Source: Camelus dromedarius (taxonomy: Eukaryota). Taken from it: 64,000 nucleotides of DNA. The notes beneath the pieces were generated by a model that was not told the DNA's origin, ran no database searches, and saw only the letters and a list, made by a program, of their open reading frames with translations. This document shows positions 42,251 to 55,200 of this stretch, in pieces; position 1 is the stretch's first letter, and the number at the start of each line of letters is the position of its first letter. A program made the translations under genes and the position numbers. The DNA is taken from positions 60,948,001 through 61,012,000 of the forward strand of contig NC_087436.1 in assembly GCF_036321535.1 (NCBI RefSeq). Reading direction: 5' to 3'.

Positions 42251-43252
42251 TTTTTTTTTTTAATGTATTGAGTATAGTTGATTTACAATGTTGTGTTAGT
42301 TTTTGGTGTACAGCATAGTGATTTAGTCATGTGTGTGTGTGTATATGTATGTATGTATATATATATACACACACATATTCTTTTTTATATTCTTTTTCAT
42401 TATAAGTTATTGCAAGATACTGAATATAGTCCCTGTGCTATACCATAGGATCTTATTGCTTATCTATTTTTTATATAGGAGTTTGTATCAGCTAGTCCCA
42501 AACTCTTAATTTATCCTGCCCCCACCTCTTCTCCCTTTGGTAACCATAAGTTTGTTTTCTGTCTGTGAGTCCATTTCTGTTTTGTAATAAAGTTCATTTG
42601 TCTCATTTTTTTAGATTCCACATATAAGTGATATCATGTGCTATTTGTCTTTCTCTGTCTTAGTTTACCTAGTATGATAATCTCTAGGTCCATTCATGTT
42701 GCTGCAAATGGCATTATTTTATTCTTTTTCATGTCTGAGTGGTATTCCATTATATAAATATACCACATCTTCTTTATCCAGTCATCTGTTGATGGACATT
42801 TAGGTTGCTTCCATGTCTATATAGTGCTGTTATGAACATTGGGGTGCACGTATCTTTTCAAATTGGAGTTTTCTCTGGATCTATGCCCAAGAGTGGGATT
42901 GCTGGATCATATGGTAAGTGTATTTTTAGTTTTTTAAGGAATCTCCATGCTATTTTCCATAATGGCTGCACCAAACTACATTCCCACCAGCAGTGTAGGA
43001 GGGTTCCCTTTTTTCCACACCCTCTCCAGCATTTATTGTTCATGGACTTTTGAATGATGGCCATTCTGACTGGTGTGAGGTGATACCTCATTGTAGTTTT
43101 GATTTGCACTTCTCTGATAATTAGCAATACTGAGCATCTTTTCATGTGCCTATTGGCCATTGGTTCATCTTCATTGGAGAAATGCTTGTTCAGGTCTTCT
43201 GCCATTTTTGGATTGGGCTGTTTTCGTTTGTTATTGAGTTGCAGGAGCTGTT
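42251..43252 (-). mobile_element. 5'-truncated L1: ORF2 C-terminal part, 3'UTR and A tail
   Basis: ORF 42858..43205 (-) is L1 ORF2 ([29 protein letters not shown]); T run from 42251; degenerate TSD aatgttaacattact / aatgcaacactact. Confidence 0.95.
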
Positions 43253-44574
43253 GAAATGCAACACTACTGAAGTCTACAGGTGTGGAAAGAGCTGTGCTTG
43301 CTCACTGCTTTCTGCTGAGGGGCCAGCTCCCCAACATCAGCAGGAGCAGAGTCAGGTACACCTACTTTTAGTGAGTGGTAATCAGTCTTTCACTTCTGCT
43401 AATTCACAATGCCAGGTTTCACGCATCAGGGGCCTTCAGAGAGTCCACACTAGAGGGAAATAGAGCTGGGAGCCTGGGATCCCGGTGGACAACACTGCTC
43501 CCAGAACCAAACCTGGCCCCTACTCGAAGCTCCACACCATTTCTGCAAAGAATGAGTTAATTATTCCCTCTGATTTTCAGCTTTCCACTGCCTCGGGTCT
43601 TCCAGCTGAATAAAATATCTAACTACTGGGTCATCTTGCACCAGAGTCTTGGGAAAGGGACAACCTCCCCTCGGGGCCTGGAAAGTTTTCTGGCATAATC
43701 AGAAATCAAAGGCCATGAAGTCTCCCCTTTTGCAACAGGCTATTTCCAGTCCACGATTAATTTCTTAAAACAGAAAGGAAATGACAACAGCATGTAAGAT
43801 TTTTCCCACTCATCTAAAGTATTGGAAGCTAGTTTTTTAACAAATCTCTTGGGGTAGTTTTTTTTCCCCTTTGTAAGAATGTGCAAAACAAAGTTTTGAA
43901 AGCTCTAAATATATTTGGTGCTTCCTTTCCTATAACCCCTAGGTCTAAAGAGGAAGTGTCTATCTTGGCCAGGGGTCTTGGCTTTTCTGTCGCAAACATG
44001 GATGTGGTAAGCCCAGCGGGGCTGTGTTTACGTGTGTCTCTGGCTCTGTCTCCGACGCTTCCGAGTCTGTCCTCACTGACATGAGACCCTGCAAAGGGCA
44101 GGGCTGGGCCTCACCGCATCTCAGGCTTCCTCCAGGGCCCTGGGACCTTGCAGGCTTGGCCACTGCAGACCGGATCTGGCTCACCTCCGAGGGCCCCACA
44201 TGGCTCTGTCCTCCTTCCCACCACATGGACTTGGCAGGGAAGCTCCAACTTCAGGGGATCTCAAGGGAGTGTTCTGAGAAGAATACACCAGAGTTCAGAG
44301 ATTGGAGGGGCTCGGGAACAAGCTGCCTCTCACGGGGCAAAACCACAGGAGGAATGTGAGACGTTTCTGCTGTGAGATCCGAACGCCTCAACCTTGCATT
44401 AAGCCACTTATTTCAATGCGCAGACATCCCTCTACAGGCAGAGCAGGGAGCAGAGGCGGTGTCTGTGTCCGGGGCAGGCTCTAGGGGGCACACGGAGGAA
44501 CTCCAGCCCAATTTTCTGTCACAGATCTTGAAAACATGCTATGGATTCTTCCGATGGCCTAATTTTAAAACTAA

Positions 44575-44960
44575 GATATTCTTAGTAACTTTTCTTTTAT
44601 GATTAGTGCTTTTGGTATCCTGTTAAAATTTTTCTTGCCTCGCCAATGCCATAAAGCTCTCCTATTTTCTTCGACAAGCCTTATGGTTTCCCCTTTAACA
44701 TTTAGGTGTATAGTCCATCTTGAATTAATTGCTGTGTATGCTATGAAGTACAGGTCAAAGTTCATCCCCCCCTCTCCAAAGGACAACCAATTGCTTTGGC
44801 ACCATTTGTTGAAAAGACCGTCCTTTTCCTACTGAAAATGGTGCCTTTGTGGTAAATCCACTGACCGAATATGTGTGAGTCTATTTTTGGATTTTCTATT
44901 CTGTTCTGTCGGTCTATGTGTAAGTCCTTGTACCAACAACCACGGTATGATTTAGAATTG
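44575..44960 (-). mobile_element. Old L1 ORF2 fragment
   Basis: ORF 44571..44786 (-) AYTAINSRWTIHLNVKGETIRLVEEN is decayed L1 ORF2. Confidence 0.75.
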
Positions 44961-47900
44961 TTTCAAAACTGAAGCACTGAATGGAGGGCAGACCCATTAT
45001 ATCCATCTCCCTCCAATCCCTCCCTTAGTCCCAGAAGCAGAATATTTCAGGAGGAGCAAAAATTCTTTAAAAACACCTGATCCCACTCATGAATACTTGG
45101 AATGAGAGCCATCACCAGGGCGTTCGAGACAAATCATGCTGCAGGTTCTTCTTTCTTGCTCCTAACTCTTAGAATACATAGGAAACCTTGGGGGAATGGG
45201 CTGAGTCAACAGTCGGACCATTCTGAGAACAGAAATGATTTTTGACAATTCTGCTACTAGGCTATGCCTAGAATTCTACAAGATTTCCATACCACAAACA
45301 TCTGTATTACTCACTGATTCCTGTTGAGTTGATGGGGTGGAGAGGCAGAGGAGGGGCCAGTTTGTTGTACAATATTTATGAAAACCGTTGGCTATTTCAA
45401 ATGTCCTTGATCCACAGAGACACCAATTGGACACATCTTGCATGGAAGTGAAGGGATGGTGAAAATGTTTGGGGTTAATATGATGGCAGCTCCAACAACA
45501 CTGTACTCCCCTCCCCCACTCTAAAGATCCACCATCCCACATACTCCATTGACAAGCAACTTCACTTCCAACCATCATCTGGAATTACATGTCTACCATG
45601 CAATTCAATTCCTGAAGGTTCTGTTCTACCTCAGGAGAGCACTCGACAAAATAACTCTTTACCAAATAACTTCTAATTCTTTCCCATGTTGCCTTTTTCC
45701 CAAGAGGATGAAAGCATATCCAGAATTATTCCTGTTTTTAAGGATAAAGGAACTTTTAGTTCATTCTGAGCTCATATCCAGGCTGAAAGCTCAAAATCAG
45801 TTCTCGAGGCCAAGCCAAGGGTAACAACACTGCCATCTAAATCATACTCAGTGTTTGGATTCCATTTAAAACAAGTCATAGAATATTTAAATGTATAGGA
45901 ACAAACATCAGGATAGGTTCATTTATTTATTTATCCTTGCCTTTGTTCCAGTAAGGACTTCAGGCTGCTCAAACATCTGTCTAGCAGACATCCTGTACAG
46001 AGTAACTGCCCACTGCCTTTCTCCTCCCCTGCCCACCGTGGACAACAAGAGACAGCAACCAAGCTGTCACAGTGCTGCCTGGTGGCTGGTGTGACGAGAG
46101 TCTACCCCAAGGCTTTCCCCACCTCCAACCCACCTTTTCTTCCTGTCTCAGATGATTATCCCCAAACTAGGTTACTCCATTTGCCTTTCTTATCTTCCAC
46201 AACTTGGCTAGTTCTCATTCAATCTCATTTGATCTTTCTAAACTGTCTAAGTTCGTTTTCTTGCTCCCTTATTTTTCATCACTCTTGCCTGGTAAACTTA
46301 GATGATGTCTTCTTTTTAATCATTCCTGGAAGGGAAAAAGGAAGAAAAAGAAGCAAGGGAAGGAGGAGGTAGAGGAAAAGAAGAAAGAAAAAGTAAAATG
46401 AAAGATAGCTAGATCCTAAATGAAGTTGTTGCAAAGAAGAAAAAAGTTCTAAGTTTGGAAGAAAACTAAAACTCAGTTTAATTAATCAGTGTCACCTTCA
46501 GAGTATCTAGAAGGAGTCAGAAGCGTCCTACAGAATCCCCACCAAAGTCTACATTTTCCCCCCTTAGCCACTTTTAATTAAGTTCTAGACAAATGACCTA
46601 TAGACTACAGATTACTTTGGGGATATTCATTTATAACCTAGAAATAGCTATGTTCTGAGAAATCATTAAAGATATAAAAAAGAAAGAATTGTGGATGATT
46701 TAACTTTGGAATATTTCAATTTGATTCTGAAGAGGTAAAGGGCAATTCTCCCAAAATACACAAATGTCATGAGGAAAAGAGCCTGAAATGGAATTAATTG
46801 AGTTTGAGCAGCAGTTCATTCCAGCTGATTTTTACATAAAGTTGTAGCAGAGAAGACAGAGTTAAAATTTGTTATCCTATAAAAAGCATGGGAATAATGT
46901 AAAAGAAATATGTGAACAATTTCCTAGTCTCATACAGAGCCCAAAACATGCCCCAGACATGACCTGAGATGTCCTCACCATGTTACCATTAAAAACACAA
47001 AAAACAAAGCACTTTTGGGGAGAGAACACTTGTCTCTAGATCCTTGTCCACTGCTTATAGCCAGGAAAGAGACTTTGGACAAACCACTCACCCATTTTTA
47101 CAGAAGAAACCAGGGCAGGTCTGCAAATTTCCTCTTTGAGTTGGAAGTGAGTGTACCCACCATGAATGTGTCCTAGAGCACAGTCAATTGGCATCTTTGA
47201 CATCCATGGCGTTTTGAGGTTCCACTGACTGGTTCTGGAGCTCTGATCCCTCACAAGTCAGTCCAATGCACCTCTCTACAAAAATGCAATGTAACTCATA
47301 ACAAATTTCATTCTCCCAGTAATGAAAAGAAAATAGCGCTTATAAAGGTATCAGTGGTTACCTAGTTAGCCAATTTTTTAATCTGGAAAAGCTGCATAGA
47401 AGATGTTAGGAGAGGTCATGTTTTGGAGCTAAATGTGTATACTCAATTGAACCTGGGAAATGGTCAAAAAGTCAAATTTTCCCTAATAGTCCAACTTTAT
47501 CCAATTTTGTTGATATCTCATTTAACCACACATTTTTTTCATTTCATTGCCTTCTTCATTTCCCCTACTATCCCTTCCATTTTTACCCTACAAATCCTTT
47601 TTTTTTTCTTACTTCTACTAAAACTCTCTGCTCCTAACATTCATGCTCACTCCTCATTACATGCTTATTACCACTTCTAGAACCTTTGTTTATGCTGATG
47701 CACTTGCCTACTTGGGAGGTCCTCCTTTCTCTAATCGATTATCTATGTGCTACCCTTTATTCAAAGCTGTAGGGCTTAAGTTTCATCTTCCTTTTGACTT
47801 TTTTTTTTTTTTTTTTTTTTTTTTACAGCTCCAGTTCCCACTTATTTTTTCTCTGAAATCTTGTTGGGTCCAGAGTTAGTGCCACACAGCTTAGTGCGTC

Positions 47901-49204
47901 TTTATTCTCTAATGCTTTCTCCAGCAGGGCTAATTGAAGATGCCAGTGTCCTGATGGAGCTAGAACTGAGCCAGAAACTCTAGAATCAGATGTTCTCATG
48001 TTCATTAGAAGAGGGACAGCCCAGATTGTTTGCAGTGGAAAAAGGGCAGCAGTAAATTCAGAACATAAGATGATTAGTCATATGGAACTGAGAAGATAGC
48101 CTCTATCTTGAAAATATACCAGTGTACACATTGCCAAGGTGCCTAACCAAAGTGGTGTCACAGTCACTTATTTATTAGCTGGAAGATTATTCGTTGTGAT
48201 TTTCTTTAATCTTCCATTTGACTTTCTCTTGCCATAAACAATATTTCTTGGCTACTGCATATCTGCCAATCTGTATAAAATCAGGGATGTAAAATAATTT
48301 AAATATATATTAGCCAAGAAAATCCCATTGAGGAGGGCAGATCTGCTGTGGGGAAAGGATCATCAGTCATCCTCACATCAAAAACAGGGTTTCTGCAATA
48401 TGCTCGTTACATTTTTCACATTGTAGCACTCATTGAGTACTTATTAGCATGGCCAAGATAGCGGATATCTCCAATTTATGATAGATTTGCAAACCATACT
48501 TCTCTTGTCTCTTAATGATTCTGGGTCCTAAAATAGTTCATAGAGAGTGTGTGCATTCATACCAAAAAAGGAGGGCCTATGAACCAAGTAAGACACCACA
48601 TATGGTGATGAAGAGTTCAGACAACTTGGCAAAAATCCCCAGATTAGATTCCGATAACACACTGAAGGGAAAAGCACCAAACAAAAGTACAAAATGGGAA
48701 AAGAATAGTAGGAAGGCACTTTGGCCAAGCAGGGGAAGGGGATGAAACACGAGGAAACTTCCTGATATTAAATAAGGGGAAACAGTAACTGTATGGCTAA
48801 TTAAAGGGCAGAGCCATCTGCCAAGGCAAGTCATTTCAGGAACTCCTGAAGGTGGGCTGATGGAGCAGCTGACCCTTGGTATGAAAATCCAGCACACAGT
48901 CTCAAGGGTATCAGCTGAGGACAGTAAGGGCAGGAGAAACAAGTACTAAATCTTAAGCAGCACAGGCCAGACTTAATTTCAGGGTTTTAGTTTAAGGCAA
49001 AGTCATCTGGTTACTGCAGCCACTGTTGGTCATTTACACTTTAGTGTGAGTGAAAACCTAAAAGTTTTTAATGATGGGGCCCTCCCAAACACTGCTGGGG
49101 GCAAAGGTATGTAAGAATTGCTTCCTCTTCACATATAATGTATTGAAGTGGGGTGGAGGAGTTTTAACATGTTTAGACTGAGAACAAAATGCTAGGGAGG
49201 TAAT

Positions 49205-49420
49205 AGACTCATGAGTTTGGAGCATGAACTTTGGAACCAGGAATTCTGCTCTACCACTTCTGAGTTATGTGACACTGAACAAGTTATTTAACTTCTCTCG
49301 GTTTATTCACCTGTTAAATGGGATAATATCTAAGCCATCAGATTATCAGAAAGATCAAATAAGATACAGCAATTAGTACAGTACCTGGCATGGGGTAAAC
49401 ACTCAGTAAGTGTTAGCTAT
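49205..49420 (+). mobile_element. MIR SINE remnant
   Basis: gttatgtgacactgaacaagttatttaacttctct...cacctgttaaatgggataata core; other MIR-like pieces near 20150-20450, 22500-22700, 56260-56430. Confidence 0.7.
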
Positions 49421-52144
49421 TGCTTTTATTTCAAAGTCAATTCCTTATGACTAGAGCTGATACAAATTGCTTCTTCAGAGAGTGGAGACAACGTGTCACT
49501 TGGGCCTGGGGTGGCTGGGGAAAGAAGCTGGCATCTGAGAAGGCCCTGAAGTTCAGGAGTAGGCTTCTCTCAAGGAAGGTTTTCACCTTTAGAGACCTGC
49601 CTGAGCAGAGGTGTGGAGGCAGGAAAACACTAGCTGGCTGGTGGAACAGTGAGCACCCCAGTCCGGCTCGGGGAGAGCGCTGCAGAAAAAGGGAGGAGCT
49701 GCGACTCGGGTGTGGGGCACAGAGAGTGGAAGGTGGAGGAGATGGGGCCGTATGGTCCAATGTGTCTCTGAATGTTGGAGAGACATGATTCAAGTGGCAT
49801 TTCAGGAGACGATTTCGAAGGCCTCTGTAGCAGGATTGAGACTAGGAGCCTAACTCCAGATTGTAGCACTGGGAACAGAGGGGAAAGGGGCAGACCTGAG
49901 CGATTACTCAGGAAGGACCAGCACTACCCAGGAAGTGACTGGCTGCGGGAAAGCAGGAATGAGGCAGAAGCTGTGGGCTGGGTAACAGGAGGCTGCTTCA
50001 CGGTGAATAAAGGCCAGGGTGTCAGCCTGAGGAAGGTATGGGACTGGAGACAGGGGAAAGGATGGATTTAGGATTAGATCTGCTAAATTTGAGGTATCAT
50101 CCTGGGCAGTGAGGAGGTGCTGAACCACACGGAGAGAAAGGAAGCAGACTGGGGACCAGTGCTCCAGGGTAGACACTGCCTAGTTTACACGTTCACCCTG
50201 GGAGGTCTGCGTGGGCTCCTTGGTATGAAAGGAAGACAGCTTTGGCTCACTATCCCCACAGACAGCTTCTCTGGAGAGAATACCGTCAGCTTGCTGCTAA
50301 CACCTGGCCCATTCCCACCCCATGGCTGGTAAAGCAGAGGAGCACACCGCTAGACACTGCTTAGCCACCAGCCACTTATCTGCTGGCTGGTGAAAGCAGG
50401 CTGTCCAGTATGATACAGCCCTGGTGACAGCACATAGAGATCCTATGAATTACATTTCCTGGCTGACTCCTAGTTACCTCTGGGTTAATGAGACACCCTT
50501 TTGGCTCCAGCCTTTGATGCTGAAAATCTTCCTAGAGTGTATTGGTCTATGTTTTTCCTGTAATAGACATCACAGTATTCAGATGTCTTTCTATGATGAC
50601 TGTGAATCTTGCAAAGTCTCAAAATTATCACCATGAATTTGAACTGATCATGGGTCATAAACAGAAAGTTGCTTCTTAAAATTTGTGGCTTGCAAACAAA
50701 TTTCTTATTTGACAATATCCTCTTAGTCTTCTCCCCTAACTTATATGGGTCCAGCACAAGATGAACAGGATAATGACCAAGGGTCTGACTCCAGTCTGAG
50801 GTTCCTGCCCACAGGTGATTCTGGTACATATGGTCTGGAGTCATCCTTGGAGGAACCCTGCATTAGGTAAAGTAAATCCATGAAGGATTTAAAGCCAAGT
50901 TCAGGTGTGTAAGTGGAGACATCACTGGTCGCTGTGTGGCGGATGAGCTAACCTGGGGCTGTGTCAGCAACACTGCCAAGGGGTGAGCTCATGTCCTCGG
51001 CAGCGCTCCCATGGAAGCTGGAACACCGAAACTACCATCATCACACCAGACTGATGTCCACGCAAATTCAGTTAGTGGGCTACATTTTCATTTGGTTTGA
51101 GCATATGGAAGAACTGACTACACAGAGTACCTTTATGAGGGAAAACTCCCTAGTTAAGTAGGTGTATCTTGTTCATGCTAATGGAACCTTGGAAATACCT
51201 CCCCACCCCCACATTTCATGAGCCTGTCCTATCTGGACTATGACTCACCTTAAATCCAACCTATTAAAAATTTAGGTCACTTTTTCCTATTCTGCAAGCA
51301 CAGAACAGGGTGGAGAATTTTCCACAGGAGGGCACTTACTGCCACCTGATTCTGGGCTTCCTAGAAACCCAGAGAGTGAGTTCCCCCAGGACGCTTCATC
51401 TTTGAGTCTCTGCCTCCCTGACATACACACCCACTACTTGACATCGTCAGGCATCAGAGAAGTGTTTTCTGAACCAAGCCGTGAGCTATAAGGGGAAGTC
51501 TTCCGGAGCCTGAAGGCTCACCCACCCTCAGCGTTTAGTCTCTGTCCACAAGACCTGAGCTGACTAATAGGAGTTGCAGCCTGGGCAGTTCCCAAGAAAG
51601 AGATGTTCTTGAATGCTGCCCCTGAGGGGAAGGATGTGAGGGACTCCCCAGTGTCCTTCAAATTCAGGAGGGTTGGACTTGCTAAGCCTAGTGCCTAGAA
51701 CATTTTGGAACGGTGAAGAAGGCTGAGGCCTGAGCTCCCAGGAGGCCCTGGGAGGCCACTTCTGCTGTTCCTTGTCCACTAGACAGCCTGGGTACCAGGG
51801 AGCTTCCATCCACCCAGGGTCTTTAGAAGACTAAAGTTCTTTGGCTCCTTGAGAACTAGATAAGCCCTCAACTCCACTCTCTCCAAGGAAGAGATTTACA
51901 CAGCAGGAGACCCAGTAAATCCCTCAGGCCAGGCTGCCCGCTCTGGTAGCAGCCTGTGGGAACTGACAGTGCAGTACAGGGTCCCCCTTTGAGACTAGGA
52001 GCTATCGGAAAGAGGAGATTTTTCCAGTCTCTGGGAGGTTATGCAGGTTGGAAAAGATCTCACGGAGGGGCGTCTGCAAGAATAACAGGCACCAGACACA
52101 CAGCCGACGGGGCTAGCTCCAGCCACGCAGGAGGATTCTGTCTA

Positions 52145-52282
52145 GCAGTGGTTGCCAATCCTGGCTGCACACTGGGCTCCTCCAGGAGTGTTTAGTACCC
52201 ATGCCTGGGCTGCGCTCCCAGAGTTTCTCGTCGGTCTGGGTGTGGGGTCTGGCGCTGGAATATTTTTTAAACTCCCCAAGTA
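52145..52282. mobile_element. MER5A-like remnant
   Basis: cagtggttgccaatcctggctgcacactgg...tattttttaaactccccaagt. Confidence 0.65.
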
Positions 52283-55200
52283 AAACTACTCAATAAAAAT
52301 GTGGCTTCAGAGTAGGAGATACTCAGGTGATGAGGAGGGCATGAAGGTGGAAAGTAAGAGAGAAGAGGAGAGAGATTTGGAGAAATAATGCCCCCAAGTC
52401 TTTTCAAGGAGAGGCCGAGGATACCTGGGAGATCCAAGTACTCAAGGAGAAGAGAGGACAGCCCCAGGAGCTGGAGCGAAGGGGGAAGCGTAGAGAAACC
52501 TGATAGCAACGCCTCCTCACTGTTACTATTACTGCTCTAGCTCTTGGGGGACAGTGGGCAGTGTCCGACTTCCCTCCTTTGTCAGGAGCTTCGAATGGCC
52601 TGCTCTCAGTTTCAGCAGTTCTCTTTCTGTGCCGGTCTCCATTTTCCTAAAAGAGCATTTGATTCTTATCCTTAACCCTCTCCTGCCCTCGGAACTCCTA
52701 CCCTCCTGAGTGCCAGAGATGGGGCTCTGCAGCTGGGGTCTGTGGGTCCCAGTGAAAACCCCACGAAATCTGGACCCATTGCCTTCACTTATTTAGAGTC
52801 AGATCGCCTCTCTGTTAAGACAAGTTCGACCCAGCTTTAAGAGGACCTGGAGCCGGGCAAAACACAAGGGGTCTGTGTGTGAGGCGCCAGCCCCCTCGGG
52901 CTGCTGTGCGCCGGGCGTGCTTGTGCCTGGCATCTGTGCTTGTGATGTCGCAGCCTGCCAGGCCCCAGCTCTTTCCACTTGGAATTCACATGGTTACGGC
53001 CGCCGCCTTGGCGGACAACCCCAGACATGACTCAGCCGCGCATAACAGCTCCCCCTGTTCTTCCTCGGTGTTCTTCCCTCTTTCACTCGTGCCCTCTGGT
53101 TATTTTCTGTACCCCTCTGTGATCTGCAGACTTGAAAGCTCTCAGCTATTTACCCCAAGTCTCATCCTTTGTTTATCTCTGCTTTGCTGAGTGTTCTCAG
53201 ATTTCCTCCCCTCTTCCTAGTGGGATTTAGCGTTACTTCTCCCATGTTCTGCATTTTCCAGCACATTCCCCAAGGCTCAAACTAGAACAGACACTCCTCT
53301 TATCTTGTGGGCTAATTCTTCTTGTATGTGTCTTGGGTACTTACAACATTTGCTACTGTGTACTTGAACTGTGTGTTCCAGTACAAATCTAAAACATCCT
53401 CTCTGAGTGCTGGGAGGAAATTCACTCCACAGAAGGTCCTAGATGTGGGTGCAGTGGACCATCTGAGCTTGGAAGAGCTAGGTTGTTCAAGGAGGCTCAG
53501 AAGTGCCAAGTAACACTGCTCTGAAAATCCAGGGAAATGGGCATGTCTGAGCATAGGGCAGGAGCACCTCTCTGTGGGATCCGGGGGACTCCAAATAAGG
53601 GTTTTGTATTTTCACTAGTGAGGCAAGTCACGCTTACTCTTACCAGGTTGGGGAACGACCTGGAGCCCACTCTGCTGGGTGTGAGCTATGAAAAATGGGG
53701 ACCAGGTAAAGGAAAGCTACGCCAATGCACAGGGGAGCAGTCACCCTAGAGTGAGGGACCCTGGGGGCATGAGAACGCTCTTTCCTACTCTTACTGGTAT
53801 TTATAGGACCAGACAGCTTTACTTTGGCATTTTGATTATTTTCCAATAGTGATTAGTTTTCTATAATTAGTACTTTTTTTTTTTTTGAGTTTTGTTTTCC
53901 TTGAGTTGTTAATTCATTTTACAATGCAGGAAGAAAACAAAGAAAGGGGTTTTCATGGTTTCAATAGTAGATTGGGTTTTTGGGGTTTTTTTTTTAAATA
54001 AGAAATATTTTTATTTCAAGAAGTATGTATTGAAGGCATCCTAAAACCTTAAATGGGATTTTGGACATGTAAGTCTACAGAACACACAAAATTAAATATG
54101 CAAATCTGCCCCACTCTCTCAGGCTGGAACTGGATACTGGACACTGGAAGGAGGGTATCCCTTAGTACAGAAGTCTCTGAAGTCGTGTATAGAATACTCC
54201 ATAGTAGTAGATCAGCATTAAATACTAGCCACGGGGTTTTCAGAACTCAATTTGTCTTATAGACTGAAAAAGTTGTGTACATCCAACATGTAGAGACAGT
54301 CTTACCCCAGCTGGCCTGGCTTGTCAGTACACAGACATCTGTAAGTGATGGGAGCTTCACGGCCTAGAACCTGTGCCCATGGGAGCGGGGAGGGCAGGGC
54401 AGGGAACAGACGTTTCTCAAGGGTCGTTTCTGATCCTGGACCCTCAGTTGGAGCCTGCTGCCTCCCCTTCACATCTTTGGTCTTTTAAACCAAGGTCAGT
54501 GATGAGGACCTGGGTAGTTCTAAAGAGTGAACATCACTGGCCCCCAGCCATCATCTGAGCAGTCACTAGAGCGCGATGGTCAGTCCCTCAGTGAAGTACC
54601 AAAAATCCAGGGAAGACCGGACAGAGGCCCAGGCCCAGGCTCTAGCCCGCAGTGCTGACCATAACCACTGCAGCACGTCACAAAGACTGGTTTTATAAGA
54701 AAAACATGAGTGTTTGCATGTTTCCCTTGTCTCAGGAAGCAGCTCTCCCCACGAGTCACTGCCCGCCCTTGCCAGAGGCACAGCCAGTAGGAGACTGGGT
54801 TTTGGAGGTGAAGAGTTTGCATCTTTACAAGGCCTGGGAGCAGCTACATGCAAAGTACCCTATGGGGCCTGTCACAGAAACATCCCTGCCCTCTGCAGGT
54901 GTTCCCTCTAGCAGCCATGGGCTCCAGCCTTGGAGATTTTCTTCTTTTGTTTAAGTAAAGAAAATAATTTCCTCACAGTGCAGCAGCTGGGACTTCAGAC
55001 TTGGCACCTCTTCAGAGCAGCTGTGCATAAAAGTAGGAAACTTGTTCTTAAGAAACTTGGGGAAGAAAATGTCCTCGAGCTTCCTGAAATTGATGTGGAG
55101 GCTGCCTTTTATGCCTCCTCAGTCCTTGCCTTTCGGGTATACTCTCAGGGAATGACCTCTGTAGGAAGCTGGGGGCTTCAAAGATGAGGGAGGGTGCTTG

